A stretch of 64,000 nt of DNA from a virus: positions 1 through 64,000 of IMG/VR virus record IMGVR_UViG_3300005613_000015; one strand, 5' to 3'. Positions 34,530-44,292 of the stretch are shown piece by piece (position 1 is the stretch's first letter; each line of letters starts with the position of its first letter). The notes beneath the pieces are model-generated. The model ran no database searches. It was not told the origin of the DNA and worked only from the letters and a program-made list of their open reading frames with translations. Both the position numbers and the translations under genes were made by a program.

Positions 34530-36174
34530 TAATGTTCCTGGATATAACCCCGCGTTTGATGCCATTTACAATACAAGTGGTTTTAACGGGCAAGTAACGA
34601 CAGATTTTCTTCGTCTTGGTGGAATACCTGCGGCTCTGAGGAAGGACTTAATTGATTTTTCTACCGCAGACTTCGATGATTTTAAAGAAAGTTTTAATAA
34701 TTATGTAAAATCAGTTTACCCTGCGGATTACACTAATTTTATTGAATCTGATTTAGGGCAAATGCTTTCCGAGTTATTTGCTTATCTGGCTGCTGTACTG
34801 TCTTATAAGGCAGACGCCCTTGCACAAGAAAATTATTTAGCAACTGCTAAAACAAGCCAAGGTCTGATTAAATTGTTAGAATTAATCGGAATTGAAATTC
34901 GAGGTCCAATCCCTTCAAAAGCAACTGCTCAACTTACCCTACCTGCGGCAAACCCCGTATCAACTGGAGATACGGTAGAAATTCTTTTTGCTGATAGAAC
35001 TGTACAGACAGTCAGTACAAAAGACAATCTTCCTTTAACATACACGTTATACAAAGTTGATTCAAATGGTAATATAGACCAGACCAATTTACAAGCGTTA
35101 GAATTAACGGAGGACAATTTTACGGACGACCCTGCTAATTTAAAAAGCAATCTAGGAGACCTCGTTTTACTAGAAGGGCAGTTACAGCAAGTAACAGGAA
35201 CTTTCCAAACCGGAGTTGCTAACCAGACTATCGAACTTTCATTCCCCTCGGTAGTCGAAGGTAGTATAGTTGTTTCTGGCTCAGACGGATTATATACAGA
35301 AATTGAAAATATATGGTTTGCCTCTTCTACGGCAAAGGTATTCCAAAAAAAGTACAACGATGATTATTCCTGCCGCCTGATTTTTGGTGATGGGCAAGTA
35401 GGAAAATCCCCAGTCCCAGGAACCCCTTATACCGTATATTTTAGAACAGGAGGTGGCTTGAGAGGTAATGTCGTTTCTAACACATTATCAAAAACGGTTA
35501 CATGTAGATATACTCCTAGCGGTGGTTCCCTGACAGGCATTACTGCACAGTACGAGAATGTAAAAGCGGGAACTGGAGGGCAGGATGCTCAGTCATTAGA
35601 GGAGGCTCGCAGGTTTGGTCCGATGTGGTTTGCTACTCAGTACCGTGCTGTTACGGGACAAGACTATACGGCGTTTATCAATAAGTTTAGAAGCACGCTA
35701 GGGAAGACTGGTAAAGGTTTAGCGGTATTACGAGATAACGGTGCCGCAGGTAATATGATTGATTTGTATGTTCTACAAAAAGCTACAGATGCCCATTTAG
35801 AGCGAGCATCCTACGAATTCAAAAAAGAGCTTTTGGAGTATATGAATCAATATAAAATGCTTACTGATGAGCTTACCGTTGTGGATGGAATCGTGCGCAC
35901 AATGGATATCGTCTCTACTTTGTATATTGACCGTACACAAAGACTGTCTTCCGAAGACATCAAGCAGCGTATTGCAGAAAAAATCGTACAATTCTTTTCA
36001 CCGGATACGAGAGATTTTGGTAGCCCATTAATTCTATCCGAATTAATTAACTTTGTACTACAGGACCCGGGTGCGAGGTTCTTCTCGATTGATAACTATC
36101 CAAATGATGTTTATGTTGATTTTAATGAAATCATTCAGTTAAACAACATAGAGATTAACATTCAGTTTGTATAA
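34522..36174 (+). CDS. Baseplate wedge gp6 / baseplate J-like
   Basis: DFDDFK, ESDLG, ENYLATA, FGDG..GK.P, Q.RAVT..DY. Confidence 0.9.
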   Translation: MVNNVPGYNPAFDAIYNTSGFNGQVTTDFLRLGGIPAALRKDLIDFSTADFDDFKESFNNYVKSVYPADYTNFIESDLGQMLSELFAYLAAVLSYKADALAQENYLATAKTSQGLIKLLELIGIEIRGPIPSKATAQLTLPAANPVSTGDTVEILFADRTVQTVSTKDNLPLTYTLYKVDSNGNIDQTNLQALELTEDNFTDDPANLKSNLGDLVLLEGQLQQVTGTFQTGVANQTIELSFPSVVEGSIVVSGSDGLYTEIENIWFASSTAKVFQKKYNDDYSCRLIFGDGQVGKSPVPGTPYTVYFRTGGGLRGNVVSNTLSKTVTCRYTPSGGSLTGITAQYENVKAGTGGQDAQSLEEARRFGPMWFATQYRAVTGQDYTAFINKFRSTLGKTGKGLAVLRDNGAAGNMIDLYVLQKATDAHLERASYEFKKELLEYMNQYKMLTDELTVVDGIVRTMDIVSTLYIDRTQRLSSEDIKQRIAEKIVQFFSPDTRDFGSPLILSELINFVLQDPGARFFSIDNYPNDVYVDFNEIIQLNNIEINIQFV

Positions 36175-39100
36175 TGGCTTTTTCATCTACAACAAAATAC
36201 GATTACATTGAAGTTATAAATCGCTTTGTTCCTGAATTTTATCGGGAACTCGATTATACAAAATATGGTTCGGAAGAGGATATCAACCTTACGTTTTTAG
36301 GGAAGCTTCTTAAAGCAGCAACCTTAAACGACCTCATTTTTAATGTAAATGACTATACAAAACAGGAGATTGCCGAGTTCTTCTTACCCGAGGGACGTAC
36401 CTCCATTAATCCTAATACCTTCCAATCAAAAATTCTAGTTCTCTATGGAAAAAAGTGGAGTTCCTTTTTATCAAAAACTGATTTCAAAACTTGGCTCTCT
36501 GGAACTTTATTCCCAGACATTACTGTTAATAATCCTGTAGGGTTTCACGCATACCTTTCATCGCTTGCCTTTGGAGAGTTTTCCTCACTTAGTTCAACGC
36601 ATTTATACCTAGCCGACCAACTGGGTATGTTTTATTTTATGAATGCTTCTAGCTTGAGTGGGGCTTCTTCTAATGCCTCTGCCGTAGCTATAGATTATCT
36701 CGCTGATAGAATTTACATCGGGGAAGAGGCAACAGATAAAGATGCCATTAATGCATTGTTTAGGTTCTTTTGGGATAACCGAGAATCAAGTACGTTCTAT
36801 AAAAGTTTTTTCCCACCATCACATTCTAGCGGTACTGCGGATATCTCTGGTAATGAATATTTATCAGGAACGCAGATGTATGATGCTATTCGATTACAAC
36901 TAGAAACGTGGACAGACCCACGACTTAAAGATAGTAGTTTTTATAAAGCTTCTTTAAATGCTCTGCTTACTGATGGTTCCGCTGAATTTCCTTCGCAGTT
37001 AAGGGATGCTGGTCCATTTCAGAGATTTTTAAAGGCTGTCAGTCTTGGTATTGCAGACATAAACTTAATTCTAGAAGAGATAGGGGATTTACTAAGTATA
37101 GATGAATGTCCTGAAAAGTTTTTAGAGCTGTTAGCTAATAATATTGGGTGGAGGTTTCTTACAGGTGATTTTGATAAATGGCGTAATCAACTACGTAATG
37201 CCGTGATGTTATATAAAACAAAAGGTAGTGTAGTTGGTTTAGAAGCCGCTTTGAAACTTGTATTCCCTGACGGTTTATTCTCAACCTCAGATATAATAGA
37301 ATCGTGGGAATCTTATCTTCCAAAGTTACTTTATTACCTTATCAAGACAGATTCCTTTATCGCTAGAGAGGGTTTGCAGTTTGCTGCAAAAGAAGAAATG
37401 TTTGAGGGGGGTTGGCCTGTTGGTGTTAGGTTTAACCAAGCTCTCTCAACGTATCAAGATGCAAAAGATAGAAATTATCGGTTTTTAGTTGATGCTATTC
37501 TAGAACACTATCACAATACTTTTAAAGGGATTATTATTTCTGGGCAAGATTTCAGACAGCTACCTATGTGGACTTGCTTACCTGAAAAACCTTTATCAGA
37601 TGGGGAAGGTAGAGGGAAAGGGTTTTATCATCGTAACTATCCAAATGACCCGGCAGCAGAAAGCGGCTTTTTTGTCGCTGTTCCTCCGTGGGAAAAGTAC
37701 GGCTTTTATAAAGAGTGTGAGTTAGATTACGAGTCACTAGACTTCTTTTGTGATATATTATCTGGTAGCAGGGATAGCTTCGGGTTTGAGGTGTCAGAAA
37801 GCGCCGTCTCTGAATTTAAATCCCTACTCACCAGCGCTTTTGAAAGTGTATACGTCATCGAAGGTATTCCTAAATTTTCCCAAAACAATAGATTTAGATT
37901 TTTTACTGAAGGGCATCACTTACCTCCAAACTATTCGAGTTTCGTAGTTCCTGGAAGTACCGATTCCTTACAGGATTTTGATGTTTGGAGTACTAAAGCA
38001 TCTTTTATGTTTGCATCTTTTGCAGCGTCTTCTATGGACTACACTTTAGATGCATACGATACGTATCGTAACCGTGCCGCCTTACAAACGTTTGTAGATG
38101 TTTTAAAAGAGACGATTCCGCTGCACGTTGCACTTAGAGTTATTTTATATAATGACTTGGAAGATGACTATGAGCCAACGCAGTCACTAGCTGTAATTTC
38201 AGACCAGTGTTTAGATTTATTTAATGTTGAATATTTAAATTCTAAACATGCGGATTTCTGGGCTGGTGCTAGTGGCACGGGGTCTTTAGGGACAACCTAT
38301 GTAAACGGAGATGGTCGAGTACTTCCAAGCTATGTTTCAAGTGATAGCGGCTGGTGGCAGGTTAGTGCGACTCTAGACCGAAATACGTCTCGGAGAAGAG
38401 ATTATAGGTATGCGTTAGAGTGTTATCCGTATGTTAGGTCAGGAAAAGGAATGCCTGTCGCTCTTACGCATTATAAAATTGCTACTTCGTCGGCTACGGT
38501 AGATGATAACCCGTACATTAATACGTGGGAATATATTCTTAAAGGGTTCGAATATGATAAGCAGGAGTTCCTACCAACATCTTCTACGGTATGGGATTCA
38601 AGTGGATTTTATGTCGCTACAGAAGGGTGCTACGTTTCAGGAACGTCCAACGAGTTTGACCTGTCTACCTTATATCCAGTCAGGGCAGTTCCAGAGACCG
38701 ACTACGCAGCTAGTTCCGTTCTTGTGTATAGAGATACGATGAAAGGAATTCTAGAAGTAATTACTTCTAAGAAGATTCGGGAGGATAAGTTTGCGCCTTT
38801 ATCAGATGATGATTATAAATCATTTGAATTTGGAAATAGTGTACATGAAGCATACACGATTTACAAAAATGAGTTTTCGGGGCTTTTAAAAAATACGTTA
38901 GGCCCCAACACGCCTTATTACGGTGGATACAACTTTATTTCTTATGCTTTTGGACCGACTATTTGGAATAGCGATTTCCGACACTTAGGAGAAATTACTA
39001 ACGCCTCAATCCCAACCACGCTTCCAGGGCTTACGTTATCGAAGTATGGATATGACACTCAGTGGTCTTCTGTCGTGGGAGGCACGAACGCAGGCGGTCA

Positions 39101-40097
39101 GTTATATCAAAATCAGAATGGTAGAAAAGTTACTGTTGCGGAGAGAACATATTTTGGAGAAGCCCCTGATGTAATTTCAAACGAAGATATCGGCGTGACA
39201 AGAACACGGGCATTCTTGTCTACTAGAGAAATTTTATCCGGGCTAGAGCTTCGCCAAACGACATCGGACTCACAAAGCTTTATAGTGGTTAACAACCAAT
39301 CGGTTACTAAAAATGAAAATACCGATTCAAAATATAGTATTACATTATTTAATCCTGACGGGAATCCGCTGTCTATCGTAGTTCCTTTTAGACCTTCAGA
39401 TAGCGCCACAACACATTATAATAAGTTACGCCCACAATCACAGTTTAGTCTTGATATATTTGCTAAGACAAGCGGAGTTAAATCTCAAGAAATTAAAATT
39501 GAACTGGTAACTTCAGGGCTAACGGATGATGCAGGTAGTGATAAAGAGTGGACGTTTGATTGGTTTGAAAGAAAATGGCGTCCTACAGAAAATATTCTAG
39601 AAGATTATAGATTTACTACGCTTACTGTTTCAAAAGATGAGAACTGTATTAAACCTTATCGAGTAGATTTCCATACTGAGGATATTTTTACAGAAAAAGT
39701 GTTGCCGTGTACAACTCCTTTTAAAACGGGAGATGTACACACTTCTTCCACAAACTACCTGTTAAAGATTACCTGCCCAACAATCTCCCCCTCAAAAAGA
39801 GATGTACTTGTTGATGGGTTAACAGTTTATGAAATTTCTATTACAGATAGATTGTTAAATCAAAGTATGAATGACTTTAATGCTTCTGAAATGGATATTG
39901 TATATAATTTTTGGGATGAACTTTCAGAGGGTAAGCATTCCAGAGACGCAACCAACTCAGCAAGTTTCTTTGAGACTAACGGAGGTAGTAGGGCTGAATA
40001 TGTTGAACTTTTGGGCGGCGGTCTGTATAGCGTTTCTTCTACTATAGGGGTGGGAGCCCCGTCAGGAAACGCATATATTTATAACCTAGAGGACTAA
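36174..40097 (+). CDS. Baseplate wedge gp7 / tail protein I-like (1307 aa)
   Basis: IDECPEKFL.LLA..IGW, LYKTKGS..GL, P.HV; position after gp6. Confidence 0.7.
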   Translation: MAFSSTTKYDYIEVINRFVPEFYRELDYTKYGSEEDINLTFLGKLLKAATLNDLIFNVNDYTKQEIAEFFLPEGRTSINPNTFQSKILVLYGKKWSSFLSKTDFKTWLSGTLFPDITVNNPVGFHAYLSSLAFGEFSSLSSTHLYLADQLGMFYFMNASSLSGASSNASAVAIDYLADRIYIGEEATDKDAINALFRFFWDNRESSTFYKSFFPPSHSSGTADISGNEYLSGTQMYDAIRLQLETWTDPRLKDSSFYKASLNALLTDGSAEFPSQLRDAGPFQRFLKAVSLGIADINLILEEIGDLLSIDECPEKFLELLANNIGWRFLTGDFDKWRNQLRNAVMLYKTKGSVVGLEAALKLVFPDGLFSTSDIIESWESYLPKLLYYLIKTDSFIAREGLQFAAKEEMFEGGWPVGVRFNQALSTYQDAKDRNYRFLVDAILEHYHNTFKGIIISGQDFRQLPMWTCLPEKPLSDGEGRGKGFYHRNYPNDPAAESGFFVAVPPWEKYGFYKECELDYESLDFFCDILSGSRDSFGFEVSESAVSEFKSLLTSAFESVYVIEGIPKFSQNNRFRFFTEGHHLPPNYSSFVVPGSTDSLQDFDVWSTKASFMFASFAASSMDYTLDAYDTYRNRAALQTFVDVLKETIPLHVALRVILYNDLEDDYEPTQSLAVISDQCLDLFNVEYLNSKHADFWAGASGTGSLGTTYVNGDGRVLPSYVSSDSGWWQVSATLDRNTSRRRDYRYALECYPYVRSGKGMPVALTHYKIATSSATVDDNPYINTWEYILKGFEYDKQEFLPTSSTVWDSSGFYVATEGCYVSGTSNEFDLSTLYPVRAVPETDYAASSVLVYRDTMKGILEVITSKKIREDKFAPLSDDDYKSFEFGNSVHEAYTIYKNEFSGLLKNTLGPNTPYYGGYNFISYAFGPTIWNSDFRHLGEITNASIPTTLPGLTLSKYGYDTQWSSVVGGTNAGGQLYQNQNGRKVTVAERTYFGEAPDVISNEDIGVTRTRAFLSTREILSGLELRQTTSDSQSFIVVNNQSVTKNENTDSKYSITLFNPDGNPLSIVVPFRPSDSATTHYNKLRPQSQFSLDIFAKTSGVKSQEIKIELVTSGLTDDAGSDKEWTFDWFERKWRPTENILEDYRFTTLTVSKDENCIKPYRVDFHTEDIFTEKVLPCTTPFKTGDVHTSSTNYLLKITCPTISPSKRDVLVDGLTVYEISITDRLLNQSMNDFNASEMDIVYNFWDELSEGKHSRDATNSASFFETNGGSRAEYVELLGGGLYSVSSTIGVGAPSGNAYIYNLED

Positions 40098-40099
40098 GA

Positions 40100-43000
40100 A
40101 TGCACGGAACTGTTCGTATTTACAAAAACTTCGAAGAAAGCCCTGTTATAGAAGAACCCAACATGATTGTTGATGGGTTCAAGGAGCATATTGTAGATAT
40201 GATGACTTGGATTCCTGCTCCTTCAGAAGGATATTCTTCAGTCTCGGCGGGTTATAACGTTTCAAATTTTACGATTCAGGCGATGGCTTTAGCTCCTTGC
40301 CAAGCCGCAGCGCAACGCGCAGACGCTCTTCTAGCGGTTTCTGGGTATACGGTTACTGGAGCGCCTTCAGGAATAGGGCTCTCCTCATTAAAACGTTCTG
40401 GAGAAAGTTGGACGTATATGGAGGATATACCAAATAACTTTTTCAGTTCTGTTAACTCCCGCAGCGCAAGTAGTTTTCCGAACTCCATACTAAAAAATCC
40501 GACACTTTCAGCCTATACTTCATACTTAAAAAACGGAAAATTTAAAAATTACAGCATCAATCACTTTCTATCAGGCTCTTTCATAAATGAGCTTTTAGAT
40601 TTATATGAACTTCCTAATTGGTCTATTCAAAGCTACCTTAGATATGACCCAAATTCAACAGAGTATGATGATACTTATGTTGCTGGCTCCTGCGCTAGAT
40701 ATGCTTTAAGTTCTGTATCTGCACTATACTCGACACTATCCTCCGTTTACGCCGAAGAAGATGAAGGCGTGTTGTATATTCGTTCTTTTGCAACTAGTTC
40801 TGAAGGAGATACCTCTGGAGCCGTAAAACTCTCGCAGCAATTTTTATTTCCTACTACGGAGTTTGAGCCTTTAGAAACTGTAGCTTCTGCAACTAGTATT
40901 GCAGAGATTACGGCTCAGTTCAGTTCTGTTAGTGGGACTACTAGCCAAGCAGCGATTCACGTTAGTCTGCGAGATGTTACAACAGGTGAGTCGTATAATT
41001 TTGCTTCTGGAAGTTACACAAGACACTCTTGGCAAGGGTCTGGAACTCCATTAATTATTCCGGCTAGTGCAAGTACATCTGGAACAATCTCTACGTTTTT
41101 CAATATTCCAAACGATAAGCTTAAAAATAAGTTTGAGGTTGAGTTCGCGTTCTACTGTGATGCTTCCAGTAATCCTCTAGGAACATACTTTTGGAATGCT
41201 AACGTACAACAATGTGAGGGTTGGAAGTTCGGGAACATTTACGAAAATGCTGATATTCATAGGGTCGTTAACAATGATTTTGCTAATCCAGGAATGTACT
41301 TCTATGCGTCCAGCATAGGTAGTTCCGTTAGTGCAACGGATTTAAGCAACGTAACATATGTATCCCAGGGGGTGAGGCTTAATCCTTTAAAGAAATACTC
41401 TTTTAACCCTATGCCTTATGGTTCCTGGGCTACTAGCTCCGATAATATGAGTTATGGGCTTATTAAATGGGCAAGCTCTAATGTGCAAGAACAGTACAGA
41501 TATAATTTGCTTGCTACTATCGGAGCAGAAAATCTATTAGAAACACGCTTAAATTCGGTGAGTTATGTCGTAACTCCCAACCTATCTCGTACTTCAACCT
41601 ATAACGATACTACTGTTTATAAGGAAAAGATTTTACCAGAGGACTTGTTTTTAGAGATTTCCTCCCAGCAACAAAAGACAGGGACATTTAATGTTGTGGA
41701 TGGAGATTCTTTTGACCTTCAATTCTCATTCCTTAACGAGTATGACAGTACTTTAAGCGCTGGAGTTTCAAAAATTAATCTCTTAACCTCTCGTTACGGT
41801 ACAGACGGAAATCAGAGATTTTATGATTTCGCAAATAATGAGTGGGCAATATCCTCAACTAACTCTGATTTATATACTTCATCATTAATAGTTTCAGGTC
41901 CTGTAGGTCATTACGACGGTGCAGCAATTATAACCGATGGCCTAAACGGTATTATCGACGTTGAAAGTGATAATACTTATGAACTAATTTTAACTGTTGA
42001 AAGTGTAGGCGATACCCCCTCCTACATAAAAAATATTCGATGCAACTCGAAACCTGTTTCGGAAACTCCAACATCCTACGGATTTAAGTCTAATCTTTCT
42101 GGTGCGGGATATCTTGATGTAGCTTGGCTATCTACTAATGATAATAGGAACACGTTATTCAGCAGTCTCGGGTCTTTGTTCACTCCTGATGCTCCATTAA
42201 ATTACGGTAGTCAGGCGGGGTCAATACTTATCGAAGGTATGTTTGATGACCCAAGGTATGTTCACACGGAGGAGTCTGAATATGAAATATTCCTTATGAA
42301 TTCGAATGTAGATTCGGCTTCAAACTATATCAAACTTCGGGCTACTCTAACAGATGCGGCTTTAAGTCTTTGTACAGAAGAGATAGACAGTAACATTTTA
42401 ACGTCTGAGGATTATATCAACAAACCACGTTTCGATATTATCGGACAACCGTTCTTTGAATATAACGGATTGAGTGGATTGTACGGACAAGGAGGATTGT
42501 TTGATATCTTTTTTAGAGCCCCTGGAGGTTCGGTAAATTATATTCCTGATACTTCGTATGAGTATTTTTCAGGGACAGGTGGATTGAATATTCACTATCC
42601 TTTCGATGCAAGTGTAGGTAGTCTTTATGGAGGTTTTGAAACGTCCCCAAAGACAAAGCTTGGGTATACTTATGCATTAAGTGATATTAGCTTGCCTGTA
42701 AGTGCAACTGAAATGGCTTTTGGGTTTGAATATAACAGTAGAGAAACCTCCTCCTACCCGTCTGTAAATTGGCAAGCCGCTGCCACTACGAAGGATGGTA
42801 ATGTTTTATGGTGGGATAGCGCGGTAAATAAATGGGAGCATTACGATATTAGCGCACAACCTCTTAATGCTTTTGACCATACTCTACAACCAGGAGATTT
42901 AAGCGCGGTTGTAAAAACGGCACTTAGTACGAAAGTAGATATCACTTCTGAACGCTTTGATAGCACTACAAAAATTACCTTCTATATTGTTTGTACTGAC

Positions 43001-43714
43001 TGGGCTTCAAATAGCGCAGCACAGCCTGTAGACGCTGTATTTATTACAAACTGGCGATTTTACATCGTCAACCAAGAACCGCCCGACCATTTACCAGGGT
43101 TTCCCAGTCCTTTAGATAGAACTTTAATACCTATCAATTATGAAACGACCCCTTACGGACACTATGGAAATGAGTTGAATTATTGGAGTAGTATATCTGG
43201 GGTTTCTTACGAGAGAATAACAGGTCGTATTAATGCAGCCCCTCATGTAAAGACAGACCCGAATGGAAATTCAATTGCTGTTAATGGTGTACAGTCTAGA
43301 AGCTTTTTGAATCAGTATAGTGGTATAAATTCAGAAGGGTATATTCTTCCTGGTAATCTGCTCGCAGGGCTGGCCGTAAAGGGTTTTGTGACAAGCGCGA
43401 CGACTTCATCAATTGTACTGACCTTAGACCTTGCAAATGATTATGTCTCGAACTTTTACGACCTTGATGTACTTGAGGCTCAGGGAGGTATCGGAGCTAT
43501 TGGACTGTACGTTCTTGATGTAAAAGCAACTTATAAAAAGCTTTTAGAAGGTGGTTATGATTTATCTGCTATGAATGATGATTTATTTAATACCGATACA
43601 AATCCAGTATATAAGTTAGTTGCTAAGAAAGTATTTAGACAAGCGTTAACAAATCCTAACGACGCTCTTAGTAATGACTACATTCGTATTCAGTGGGAGA
43701 TTAACTTCTTATAA
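40100..43714 (+). CDS. Large tail/baseplate protein (1204 aa) with split tail-collar-like domain
   Basis: N- and C-termini match the 43714 protein; Ser/Thr-rich beta-type interior. Confidence 0.65.
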   Translation: MHGTVRIYKNFEESPVIEEPNMIVDGFKEHIVDMMTWIPAPSEGYSSVSAGYNVSNFTIQAMALAPCQAAAQRADALLAVSGYTVTGAPSGIGLSSLKRSGESWTYMEDIPNNFFSSVNSRSASSFPNSILKNPTLSAYTSYLKNGKFKNYSINHFLSGSFINELLDLYELPNWSIQSYLRYDPNSTEYDDTYVAGSCARYALSSVSALYSTLSSVYAEEDEGVLYIRSFATSSEGDTSGAVKLSQQFLFPTTEFEPLETVASATSIAEITAQFSSVSGTTSQAAIHVSLRDVTTGESYNFASGSYTRHSWQGSGTPLIIPASASTSGTISTFFNIPNDKLKNKFEVEFAFYCDASSNPLGTYFWNANVQQCEGWKFGNIYENADIHRVVNNDFANPGMYFYASSIGSSVSATDLSNVTYVSQGVRLNPLKKYSFNPMPYGSWATSSDNMSYGLIKWASSNVQEQYRYNLLATIGAENLLETRLNSVSYVVTPNLSRTSTYNDTTVYKEKILPEDLFLEISSQQQKTGTFNVVDGDSFDLQFSFLNEYDSTLSAGVSKINLLTSRYGTDGNQRFYDFANNEWAISSTNSDLYTSSLIVSGPVGHYDGAAIITDGLNGIIDVESDNTYELILTVESVGDTPSYIKNIRCNSKPVSETPTSYGFKSNLSGAGYLDVAWLSTNDNRNTLFSSLGSLFTPDAPLNYGSQAGSILIEGMFDDPRYVHTEESEYEIFLMNSNVDSASNYIKLRATLTDAALSLCTEEIDSNILTSEDYINKPRFDIIGQPFFEYNGLSGLYGQGGLFDIFFRAPGGSVNYIPDTSYEYFSGTGGLNIHYPFDASVGSLYGGFETSPKTKLGYTYALSDISLPVSATEMAFGFEYNSRETSSYPSVNWQAAATTKDGNVLWWDSAVNKWEHYDISAQPLNAFDHTLQPGDLSAVVKTALSTKVDITSERFDSTTKITFYIVCTDWASNSAAQPVDAVFITNWRFYIVNQEPPDHLPGFPSPLDRTLIPINYETTPYGHYGNELNYWSSISGVSYERITGRINAAPHVKTDPNGNSIAVNGVQSRSFLNQYSGINSEGYILPGNLLAGLAVKGFVTSATTSSIVLTLDLANDYVSNFYDLDVLEAQGGIGAIGLYVLDVKATYKKLLEGGYDLSAMNDDLFNTDTNPVYKLVAKKVFRQALTNPNDALSNDYIRIQWEINFL

Positions 43715-44292
43715 TGACTCAAATTTTAAATTACAATAATACTGATATTCGAGGGCACTTAGAAGTTGTTAAAGTGTTTTCTGACGGTACAGAAGAAGTT
43801 CATTTTTCTGATTCAAATGTTATTACCTCTGGAATGGGCCATACCCTATTAAAAGCTTTTTCAAACCCTAGTACATACAATATCTCAAGTTATCAAATTG
43901 TATACTTTCAGTTAGGCGTCTCAGGAGATGCGAGCCTTCAAGTGTCTAGTACAGGAGAACTTTCTTCTGCGCTGGCTATTGGTGATTATGGCACAGCCAA
44001 TTTTGAGATTTCAACTCATGATTTATCCTCTGGCGCAGGCGCAAGTAGCGTTCCTTTTGGTATCATCCCATTCTCCTATATAAAGAAGATTAGCCCTGCG
44101 AGGGTTATGTATCAAATATTTGTGGGGGAAAATGCTTGTAATAGCCAAACGCTCAATGAAGTGGGATTATTCAGCCGTAACCCCGATAATGCTGCAACCG
44201 AGGGTAGTTACTTATGCGCTTACCGATATTTTACTCCTTTGGAGAAGAATGACAGTTTTTCTGTTTTGTTTAGATGGGTAATTGAATTCTAA
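43714..44292 (+). CDS. Tail-collar/fibre-attachment-like protein (192 aa)
   Basis: NVIT.G...L, NEVGLF, L.AY..F....K......FRWVIEF. Confidence 0.7.
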   Translation: MTQILNYNNTDIRGHLEVVKVFSDGTEEVHFSDSNVITSGMGHTLLKAFSNPSTYNISSYQIVYFQLGVSGDASLQVSSTGELSSALAIGDYGTANFEISTHDLSSGAGASSVPFGIIPFSYIKKISPARVMYQIFVGENACNSQTLNEVGLFSRNPDNAATEGSYLCAYRYFTPLEKNDSFSVLFRWVIEF

